NCBI GenBank assembly: GCA_034669905.1
Contig: JAXMOL010000006.1
Location: forward strand, 64,001-128,000
Source of the DNA: Candidatus Hydrogenedentota bacterium
GTDB taxonomy: Bacteria; Hydrogenedentota; Hydrogenedentia; Hydrogenedentales; JAEUWI01
Length of the DNA stretch: 64,000 nucleotides
Reading direction: 5' to 3'
The first letter of the stretch is position 1; every line of letters begins with the position of its first letter. Shown in pieces: positions 42,256 through 50,031 of this stretch. Made by a program: the position numbers and the translations under genes. The notes beneath the pieces are model-generated. The model saw only the letters and a list, made by a program, of their open reading frames with translations, did not search any database and was not told the DNA's origin.

Positions 42256-43347
42256 TCACTTGGACGTATAGCGAATCTCGTCTCCCGGGAGCACCGGTCG
42301 CTGGTGTTTGGGTACCAGGGACTCGGGAATCCACTGACCATCGCGGAAGAGCAGGCGCGTTTGCCCACCGCCCGCTTTCCGCTGGTGTATCCGCGTGGCC
42401 GCATAATCGAGATCGAAGGCATCGATGGTGAACAGGGCATCGTCCAGATCGGGATTCAACGTTACCTCCGTGAAGGTATATTCGTGAAAATCATCCACCC
42501 GCCGACGGACGGCACGGGAGGGATACCAGCGCCCATCGCCCACGGGGGCCAGCGTGATGTCGAGTTGTAATATTTGAACGCCTGATGGGTTCCACGTTGC
42601 GGTGGAAGCTAGAAGAAAGCCTTGCTCGGGCGCGACCACAAAGTCCGTACGGGCTTCCTGAGCCGTCCCGCTAATGCGAGTAAACCGCGACAACTTGATC
42701 CTGGGCCCGGCGGGCGTTTTCAGATCCTCCCGCTCCCAACGACGTCCGTCCAGCGCAAGGCTTTTTTCGTATTCCGTGTCCAGGTAGCCTGTGCCGTATC
42801 CGAAGCCCCATTTCAGGGGATAGGGAAAGAGAAAAGCGTCGGGAGGCATCAACCCCGCATCCAGAACATCCCGGGAAGACAGGCGTATCCGACCGGGTAG
42901 TTTCGAATTGTGTTCCGCAAAATATTCGCCGTTGTACACGGCCCAAGAGGAATACTCGTTGCTCTCCAAGCCATGCAGATTAGAAGGCAGGGAGGGTGCA
43001 TTGGCCGCATCTCGGCGCTCCCAGCGCTTGGTGCGGTGGACATGAAACATGGAGCCCTTCTCCATCCAGATGCCTTCGCCATAGGATATGACGCGTCCTT
43101 CCGGCAGGGGGGCGTCCAGCGGTGTCTCGGGGAACTCCCGGCGCTTCCAGTCGATTTTCATGGAGTAGCTCTCGATCCCCTGGCGGGCCGCCTTGTTCTG
43201 CAAGACCACTGCCCGCACCTGCTCCTTCATCTCCGCGCTGTCCTGCTCAGATAAGTTGGAAGAATCGCTTGCCGCCCATGCCACCTGCCCCAGGACCGCA
43301 AGCCCCACCAAAGCCGCCGCCATACACTGCCGCGCGAAGTTTTTCAT
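42256..43347 (-). CDS. Uncharacterised secreted protein, copy 1 (possible LolA-like beta fold)
   Basis: Signal peptide (AWA-A); DFVVAPEQGFL, GRWYP, VTLNPDLDDALF motifs; near-identical paralog at 43808-44920. Confidence 0.85.
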   Translation of the reverse strand: MKNFARQCMAAALVGLAVLGQVAWAASDSSNLSEQDSAEMKEQVRAVVLQNKAARQGIESYSMKIDWKRREFPETPLDAPLPEGRVISYGEGIWMEKGSMFHVHRTKRWERRDAANAPSLPSNLHGLESNEYSSWAVYNGEYFAEHNSKLPGRIRLSSRDVLDAGLMPPDAFLFPYPLKWGFGYGTGYLDTEYEKSLALDGRRWEREDLKTPAGPRIKLSRFTRISGTAQEARTDFVVAPEQGFLLASTATWNPSGVQILQLDITLAPVGDGRWYPSRAVRRRVDDFHEYTFTEVTLNPDLDDALFTIDAFDLDYAATRIHQRKAGGGQTRLLFRDGQWIPESLVPKHQRPVLPGDEIRYTSK

Positions 43348-43391
43348 AACACCCCTTGCCTCCCTTAGGTTATACCGCTAGTTGCTTAACT

Positions 43392-43421
43392 GTTATAGTA
43401 CCCCCCCCTGAGATTTGTCAA
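43392..43421 (-). promoter_or_regulatory. Sigma70-like promoter of copy 1 with G8 tract in spacer
   Basis: Minus strand TTGACA-AATCTCAGGGGGGGG-TACTATAAC. Confidence 0.7.
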
Positions 43422-43518
43422 GCGTAATTTTAGGTCTGGTAAACGTTGGAAATACCAGGCTCCTTGGAGGAGGACTCATCGAAGGGGAAGTGTAGAGGAG
43501 TGCCAATGACCGCTTCCA

Positions 43519-43697
43519 GGATCTCGGACATTCTTGTCCGAGATAAAGCACACTTCCATGCTGCGGTGCCCGGCAAACCTGTCCAGAGACCTCACATTGC
43601 CAGAGACGTGACTTCCGAGACCCGTTGAGCTCCTATCCATCGCCGTGCGTTTTCATGCCCGAACGCGCCTTGCCTCGGACAGGAATGTCCAAGATCC
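43519..43697. repeat. REPIN-like inverted pair of 24-bp palindromes (type 4)
   Basis: GGATCTCGGACATTCTTGTCCGAG (43519-42) and inverted CTCGGACAGGAATGTCCAAGATCC (43674-97), 2 mismatches, 131-bp spacer. Confidence 0.8.
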
Positions 43698-43713
43698 TTG
43701 GTGGCCGCTGCGC

Positions 43714-43770
43714 TCAACCCACCATCCACAATTCCCAACGCGCAGTCTTCGTTTCCTTCGACTTTTTCAT
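43714..43770 (-). pseudogene. Truncated 5' remnant of the Cys-rich gene (MKKSKETKTARWELWMVG*)
   Basis: Same RBS and first 18 codons homologous to 41747-42193 (MNKSKQTKMARWGLWMMG), then stop and loss of homology. Confidence 0.82.
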
Positions 43771-43807
43771 TTCCATTCTCCTTGTATGGGTTCATGTTTT
43801 TCCACAG

Positions 43808-44920
43808 CTAACGTCTCGATGGTCCTGCGCCCCCTCCCCCGAACACATGCACACCACCATCTCCCGGCAACACGGGCCGGAGATGCTTGGGTACCAGAGA
43901 CTCGGGTATCCACTGACCATCGCGGAAGAGCAGGCGCGTTTGCCCACCGCCCGCTTTCCGCTGGTGTATCCGCGTGGCCGCATAATCGAGCTCGAAGGCG
44001 TCGATGGTAAACTGGGCGTCATCCAGATCGGGATTCAACGTTACCTCCGTGAAGGTATATTCGTGAAAATCATCCACCCGCCGTCGGACCGCATGGGAGG
44101 GATACCAGCGCCCATTCCCCACCGGAGCCAGCGTGATGTCGAGTTGTAATACTTGATCGCCTGATGGGTTCCACGTTGCGGTGGAAGCCAGAAGAAAGCC
44201 TTGCTCGGGCGCGACCACAAAGTCCGTACGAGCTTCCTGAGCCATCCCGCTAACTGAAGTAAATCGAGACAACTTGATCCTCGGCCCTGCGGGCGTTTCC
44301 AGATCCTCCCGCTCCCAACGACGCCCGTCTCGCGTAAGGCTCTTTTCATATTCTATGTCCAAGTAGCCTGTGCCGTAGCCGAAGCCCCATTTCAGGGGAT
44401 AGGGAAAGAGAAAAGCGTCGGGAGGCATCAACCTCGCATCCAGAACATCCCGGGGAGACAGGCGTATCCGACCGGGTAGTTTCGAACTGTGTTCCGCAAA
44501 ATATTCGCCGTTGTACACGGCCCAAGAGGAATACTCGTTGCTCTCCACGCCATGCAGATTAGAAGGCAGGGAGGGTGCTCTGGCCGCATCTCGGCGCTCC
44601 CAGCGCTTGGTGCGGTGGACATGAAACATGGAGCCCTTCTCCATCCAGATTCCCTCGCCATAAGATATGACGCGTCCTTCCGGCAGGGGGGCATCCAGCG
44701 GTGTCTCGGGGAACTCCCGGCGCTTCCAGACGATTTTCATGGAGTAGCTCTCGATCCCCTGGCGGGCTGCCTTGTTTTGCAAGACCACCGCCCGCACCTG
44801 CTCCTTCATCTCCGCGCTATCTGGCACCGGAGGGGTGGATGAATCACCAGGTGCTCCTGCCGCTGACCCCATAAGCCCCAAGAGTGTTATCGTCAAACAC
44901 AGCCCCACGAAGTTTTTCAT
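43808..44920 (-). CDS. Uncharacterised secreted protein, copy 2
   Basis: Signal peptide; 20 substitutions counted by eye versus copy 1 over the ~320-aa core. Confidence 0.85.
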   Translation of the reverse strand: MKNFVGLCLTITLLGLMGSAAGAPGDSSTPPVPDSAEMKEQVRAVVLQNKAARQGIESYSMKIVWKRREFPETPLDAPLPEGRVISYGEGIWMEKGSMFHVHRTKRWERRDAARAPSLPSNLHGVESNEYSSWAVYNGEYFAEHSSKLPGRIRLSPRDVLDARLMPPDAFLFPYPLKWGFGYGTGYLDIEYEKSLTRDGRRWEREDLETPAGPRIKLSRFTSVSGMAQEARTDFVVAPEQGFLLASTATWNPSGDQVLQLDITLAPVGNGRWYPSHAVRRRVDDFHEYTFTEVTLNPDLDDAQFTIDAFELDYAATRIHQRKAGGGQTRLLFRDGQWIPESLVPKHLRPVLPGDGGVHVFGGGGAGPSRR

Positions 44921-44964
44921 GATGCCCCTTGCCCCCCTTAGGTTATACCGCTAGTGGCTGAACT

Positions 44965-44996
44965 GTTATAGTACGCCTGTCAATGATTTGTGTCAA
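44965..44996 (-). promoter_or_regulatory. Sigma70-like promoter of copy 2
   Basis: Minus strand TTGACA (44996-91), 17 bp, TACTAT (44973-68). Confidence 0.75.
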
Positions 44997-45088
44997 GAGT
45001 AATTTTAGGTCCGATAACAGTCTGGAAATTTCAGGCGTCTTGAAGGGGGGCGTGGCGGGAGAGGGGGCGATTGCCGGACGTCCCCGTA

Positions 45089-45945
45089 GCTGTGATGCCC
45101 CAGACCCGCCGAACGTTCGCTGTGATGCCCTTTCAGGGCGAAGATTGTTGGGGGATGCTTTTTGTCCCTGGGCGTTGCCCAGGGCTGGGAGCTGTGTAGC
45201 CCCTTCGGGGCGATTGTTTGGGTGTCGAGTTCCTGGTGGAGGGTGCAACGGGTGCCTGATGTCCCTTCTCCCTGCCCGTTGGTAGGCGTTGCTTCAACGA
45301 GAAACGATAGCGGCACGCCCCTATAGAGCGCCGCCGACCCGGCGGCGTAAGGTTCGGGCAGGGGAGCGCCAGAAAGAAAAACGGTAAGGGTGCCACCCAT
45401 ACGCGGAGGAGCCTGGCGGGGGAGCTTACGGGTGCCTCCCAGCCCTTCACCCGTAAAGCCACTCGTCCCTCGTGTCTGTAAGGGTCCACGACGCGCCGCA
45501 GGTGGGTGGCACCCTTGAGGTTGCTGTGGATTGCCGTGACGAGCGCCTGCCAGAGAGACGGCACGTAGCTCGTCTATGGCACGTCACGGCCCGGCGGCAT
45601 GGGGGATGGGTAGATACGTCGGGTGGGGGAAGCATCATGTCGTAATCCTTCACGACTTCACCCTGCATTTCAGCCCGAAGGACTCTTACAGCTTTCAGCC
45701 CAGGGCAACGCCCTGGGTAAAAGGATTCCGCATCAATCCCATAGCCCTGAAAGGGCGACACAGCTGTAATGCCCTTTCAGGGCGTGTTTTATCGGGGAAT
45801 GCGTTTTGGTCCCTCGGCGTTGCCCAGGGCTGGGAGCTGTGCAGCCCCTTCGGGGCGATTGTTTGGAGAGACGAGCCCCATCCGAAGAGGATCCGCAAGA
45901 GTGCCACCTTCAAAGACGGGAGGAACGAGCGGCTTTGTGGGTGAA
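45089..45945. repeat. REP/BIME-like mosaic B: half and full nested palindromes (45127-45211, 45672-45856), type-1 and type-3 units
   Basis: 45118-45346 matches 37571-37799; 45588-45866 matches about 37399-37675; CACCCGTAAAGCCACTCGTCCCTC...GGGTGGCACCC at 45448 and an inverted copy at 45900-45945. Confidence 0.9.
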
Positions 45946-45988
45946 AGGACGTCGTGAAAGCTTCGTGACCAGGGCGGCATCGTGCTAC

Positions 45989-47215
45989 TTATCGCCGTGC
46001 GGTCAATGTGGATTGTGAGCGGGGCCAGGATTCCACATAGTCGTCTTGTTTGAGGGTGAGTGTGTACGCATCTTCCTCAACCGCATAGTCCACTTCCGGC
46101 GTTTCTTTCGTCATCACGTCCGAGACGTCAATCTCGATGAAGTCGTTAGGCAGGCGGCCCGTTTCGTCCCGGTAGATCTCGATCAGGGCGGCACATGCGA
46201 GGAGTCTCAATTTCAGTCGCAACACCGCGTAGTTGGATTCCGTGCTTTGCATCACGTTGGTCGCCGCCTCCGACATATCATTGAAAAAGAAGGGTCGGAT
46301 CACGTCATGCCCGTTACAAATGGCAAAGGCACTTTTGAGGTCCGATCGCATGGCCATGTTAGCAAGCATACTCTTGCTTTGGTAAAGTTTCAGCCTGAAT
46401 CGGGCACCGGCGCTTTCAAACATGGCGGTTGTCCATGGGGCGTCGCTTTCAAATGCGTCGACCGCTGTTTCGGCTATGGCACGCTTCCAAGTCCTGCGCC
46501 AGGGCGTAGTCTGAAGCGTATCTAAGATTTCCGAAATCTGATGCACCAACTCCTGCCGTGCAGGGGGAGCCATTTCGCGAATCAATCCGAATTGGTCGGT
46601 CGCGTAGAGGAGCATGTTCCATGACTTGGCATCATAGAGATACCCGATATCTTGCGGGGAGCTGTACCACTTAGGGCTCGCGAGGTAGTTTATAGAGAAT
46701 TTAAGAATTTCTGAGCTACGTTCGGGAGGTCCCGCTTCTTGCGTATGTGCGGATTGCATCAAAAGGGACCGTAGAAACTTCGTACCCCCATTCGAACCGG
46801 GAAAAAGACCGCACCCTGCATCCAGATAGGCCCCCATAGCCGCTTCTGCCTCTTGTCCGAGCGCTTGCTGAAAACGGTTCAGCGCATCCAGATCGGAGTC
46901 ATCACTGGATTGGGGCTCGAATAATTCGGAATAGGCGGAATAATAGGTTGCCAGTCCGTCGTCTTCCATGCCAAGCCCAAACGTGTGTTCGACAAGTTCA
47001 TCCACTTCCGGCGCGGAGTGCATCGTGGTGAGTTGCGTGTCGACCACCTTTCCGTCCCGGAGCTCGAAGCCTTCCGCTGCCAACACTCCCGATTCTGTCC
47101 AGCCCATACCGCCATTGACCAGGGCGAGGAACACAATGACGAGGATGAAAATGGACAAGATGGTACCGACTACCCATAGCGTTTTTCTTTTCCAGGATTT
47201 CTGCGACGTGACCAT
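45989..47215 (-). CDS. Hypothetical membrane-anchored helical protein with C-terminal GspG-like Y-x4-G-x-LP motif
   Basis: TM helix LWVVGTILSIFILVIVFLALV; AALIEIYRDETGRLP; ATG at 47215 after GAGGGG. Confidence 0.75.
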   Translation of the reverse strand: MVTSQKSWKRKTLWVVGTILSIFILVIVFLALVNGGMGWTESGVLAAEGFELRDGKVVDTQLTTMHSAPEVDELVEHTFGLGMEDDGLATYYSAYSELFEPQSSDDSDLDALNRFQQALGQEAEAAMGAYLDAGCGLFPGSNGGTKFLRSLLMQSAHTQEAGPPERSSEILKFSINYLASPKWYSSPQDIGYLYDAKSWNMLLYATDQFGLIREMAPPARQELVHQISEILDTLQTTPWRRTWKRAIAETAVDAFESDAPWTTAMFESAGARFRLKLYQSKSMLANMAMRSDLKSAFAICNGHDVIRPFFFNDMSEAATNVMQSTESNYAVLRLKLRLLACAALIEIYRDETGRLPNDFIEIDVSDVMTKETPEVDYAVEEDAYTLTLKQDDYVESWPRSQSTLTARR

Positions 47216-47328
47216 GGGTGCCCCTCGGTTTAGACGGTCTGCGACAACTCGTTGTAGCCCGTTGGCGTCTGACAGGACGGTGCTACCATAGTCTAGATTA
47301 GCGCATGGGTATTGTCTCTGCAACCCCG

Positions 47329-47806
47329 CACCCATAAAGCCACTCGTCCCTCGTGTCTGTAAGGGGCCGCGACGCGCCGCAGGTGGGTGGCACCCTCCAA
47401 TTGGCGACTTGCTATAGATTGACGCGCCGAGGGTGGGAGCACCCCTATGGAGCGCTGCCGGCCCGGCGGCATAGAGCTCTACAAGGGTGAGGGGTTGTGG
47501 TGGAGGCCTGAGTCACCTGCCAGGCCTGGCGTCCCTTCACCCGTAAAGCCACTCGTCCCTCGTGTATGTAAGGGTGGCACCCTGCAGGTCGTGATGTGTC
47601 AAAGGGGTGGTTTCCCTTAGACAGACAACGTTTCGCGTGCCGCCCGCCGAAGGCGTGCACACCCCTATGGAGCGCCGCCGGCCCGGCGGCATAAGGACCC
47701 TGGAGCCGTGAGGGTACGTGGTGTAAACCTGGTTCACTTGCACGGCCTGACGTCACTTCACCCACAAAGTTCCCCCGCTTCGCTCCTCCCTTTGAGGGTG
47801 GCACCC
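47329..47806. repeat. REP/BIME-like mosaic C: alternating type-3 and type-1 units, ~210-220 bp period
   Basis: Type-3 starts at 47329, 47538, 47759; type-1 at 47443-47470 and 47663-47690. Confidence 0.88.
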
Positions 47807-48062
47807 GACAGGTTACCGTGGATTGTCGCGGCGAGCGGCTTTTACCAAGAGTGATGGTAAGGGTGTCTGGGGGTATTCCGAGTACGTTTGGCGTGTCTAC
47901 CCCATTCTCATGGTGCCGGGATTGGGAAAAACTGGATCCAGAAGCCCTTGGTGTGAAAAGATCTAAGGCTATTATGTCGGGTCTCCTTCCTTCCTGAAAC
48001 GGTCTCTTCGCAGACCTGCAGCGGCCCGTAAGTACCCCTACAGCAAAGAGAAAGCACGACGT

Positions 48063-49679
48063 ATGAACATCGTCCTTATGGGCTCCAAAGGCGCCGGGAA
48101 AAGTACCCTGGGTGCGGCATTGGCTGAGGTCATCGGCCTGGAAGCCATCGACACGGACCGCCAGATTGAGCTGCTATTCGAAAAGAACGAAGGCAAAGCC
48201 GCCACCTGCCGAACGATTTACCAGACGGCCGGAGAAGCCGCTTTTCGGGAACTCGAGCGGGCTGTGGCCCTTGATGTGGCCTCCCGTTCCTACCAGCTTA
48301 TCGTGACCGGCGGGGGCATGATGATGGACCCCGATTCCCGTCGGGCCCTCCGCAAGGACGGGATTCTGATTTTTCTGTCGGCGTCTTCCGATACCCTTTG
48401 GGCCCGTGCCACGGAAAATGGCCTTCCGCCCTGGCTCTCGGGTGATGATGGCCAAGAAAAATTCAAGCTCCAGGTGGCCTTTCGGGAAGAGGTCCTGCGG
48501 CCTTTCGCCGACATCCTCTTCGACACCACGGACGGCACGCCCGAAGAACAGGCCCAGCGTCTGGCGGACGCCATCGGCGAAGAGCTCGCGGTGCGTCAGA
48601 CGGCGGCCAGCACCTACGGCGACATTATCCGTATGACCGGTTTTGGCGAGAGCCACGGCCGGGCCATTGGTACCGTGCTCGAGGGGATACGTCCTGGGAT
48701 CGAATTCAATGAGGAAATCCTCCAGGAGCAACTCGATCGCCGCCGTCCCGGCCAGAGCAAAGTGGTGACCCAGCGCAAAGAAGATGACGCCGTCGAGATT
48801 CTCTCGGGCGTCTTCGAAGGCAAGGCCACGGGTGCACCCATCGCCATGGTCATCTACAACAAGGACCAGCGTTCCAAGAACTACGACAACGTAAAAGACG
48901 TGTTCCGGCCGGGCCACGGTGACTTTACCTTCTATAAGAAGTATGGTTTCCGGGACTACCGGGGTGGGGGACGTCAGTCGGGCCGCGAGACGGCGTGTCG
49001 TGTGGCGGCCGGTGCCGTACCCCTGAAAATGCTGGCCGAAAAGGGCGTGAAGATCATTGCCCACGCCACCCAGGTGGCCGGTATTGACGCCAAGACCTGC
49101 GACCTGAGCACCATTGAAAAGAACCCCGTGCGCTGTGCCGATCCCGAGGCTGCCAAGGCCATGGAACAGGCCATCCTTGATGCCCGCAGCGAAAAGGACT
49201 CGGTGGGTGGCGTCATTCAACTCGAGATTACGGGCCTGCCCGTCGGATTGGGTGACCCCATCTTTGGCAAGCTTGATGCCCGCCTCTGCACCGCCATCAT
49301 GACCATTGGTGCCATCAAAGGCGTCGAAGTAGGCGGTGGTTTTGACCTCTGTAAGTTGAAGGGCAGCGAGGCCAATGACGGCATGAAAGACGGCGAGTTT
49401 GTTACCAACTATTCCGGCGGCATCCTCGGCGGAATCACCACCGGTGAGCCGGTGGTCATGCGCGTCGCGGTCAAGCCCACGGCTTCCATCGCACAGAAGC
49501 AGATGACTTACGATGAACACGACAAGAACGTGGAAATCGAGGTCCTGGGTCGCCACGATCCCTGCATCGTGCCCCGGGCCGTCCCGGTGGTGGAGGCCAT
49601 GGCCGCCCTGGTCATCCTGGATGCCTGGGAAGTGCAAAGCCGCCTCAACCCTGAATGGGCCGCGGAAAACCCGCTGTAG
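48063..49679 (+). CDS. aroC: Shikimate kinase-chorismate synthase fusion (AroK-AroC)
   Basis: N-terminal GSKGAGKS, DTD, FRELE, TGGG; C-terminal FGESHG, RRRPGQS, RPGHGD, SGRETA, KPTAS, GRHDPC; single 538-aa ORF. Confidence 0.95.
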   Translation: MNIVLMGSKGAGKSTLGAALAEVIGLEAIDTDRQIELLFEKNEGKAATCRTIYQTAGEAAFRELERAVALDVASRSYQLIVTGGGMMMDPDSRRALRKDGILIFLSASSDTLWARATENGLPPWLSGDDGQEKFKLQVAFREEVLRPFADILFDTTDGTPEEQAQRLADAIGEELAVRQTAASTYGDIIRMTGFGESHGRAIGTVLEGIRPGIEFNEEILQEQLDRRRPGQSKVVTQRKEDDAVEILSGVFEGKATGAPIAMVIYNKDQRSKNYDNVKDVFRPGHGDFTFYKKYGFRDYRGGGRQSGRETACRVAAGAVPLKMLAEKGVKIIAHATQVAGIDAKTCDLSTIEKNPVRCADPEAAKAMEQAILDARSEKDSVGGVIQLEITGLPVGLGDPIFGKLDARLCTAIMTIGAIKGVEVGGGFDLCKLKGSEANDGMKDGEFVTNYSGGILGGITTGEPVVMRVAVKPTASIAQKQMTYDEHDKNVEIEVLGRHDPCIVPRAVPVVEAMAALVILDAWEVQSRLNPEWAAENPL

Positions 49680-49728
49680 GCCCAACGGTGGCCTTCTGAC
49701 CGCCATACTGCTATCCCGAATCCCCCCT

Positions 49729-49755
49729 AATGCCCCTTCACGGGGCATTTTTTTT
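49729..49755 (+). terminator. Intrinsic terminator after aroKC
   Basis: AATGCCCC-ttcac-GGGGCATT followed by T run. Confidence 0.85.
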
Positions 49756-49939
49756 GCCCACACGGGCCGTTTTTTCCCCGATTTTCCCGGTAACCCACCG
49801 GGATCCACCGGTTTTTGTTGATTTATCCCACCTGTACCCACCAGAATACCCCCACCATGATCCCACACGCATTGTATCCTTAATTTTATTAACTACTATA
49901 TGTTGTAGGTTTGTGTTCGACGCTCCATTTCCGAGCTAT

Positions 49940-50023
49940 ATTTTGGGGTGTTTTGGGTGGTTTTCTGTTGACTTGTTGGCTCATGAGTGGTAAATTGTGG
50001 GTATCAAGAGTAAAATCGTGGGA
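49940..50023 (+). promoter_or_regulatory. dcw promoter with MraZ-type boxes
   Basis: TTGACT (49968-73), 17 bp, TAAATT (49991-96) with TGn extension; GTGG at 49957, 49987, 49997, 50018. Confidence 0.8.
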
Positions 50024-50031
50024 CACTCTCA

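Noticed and set aside
42235..42258. Selenocysteine or programmed readthrough at the copy-1 TGA
   Set aside because: Only seven codons follow and no SECIS-like hairpin is evident; a simple nonsense change explains it
42256..44920. Diversity-generating retroelement template/variable repeat pair
   Set aside because: Whole genes with promoters are duplicated, differences are not adenine-restricted and no reverse transcriptase is present
47329..47806. CRISPR array
   Set aside because: Two alternating repeat types, ~220-bp period, degenerate copies and no cas genes in the window
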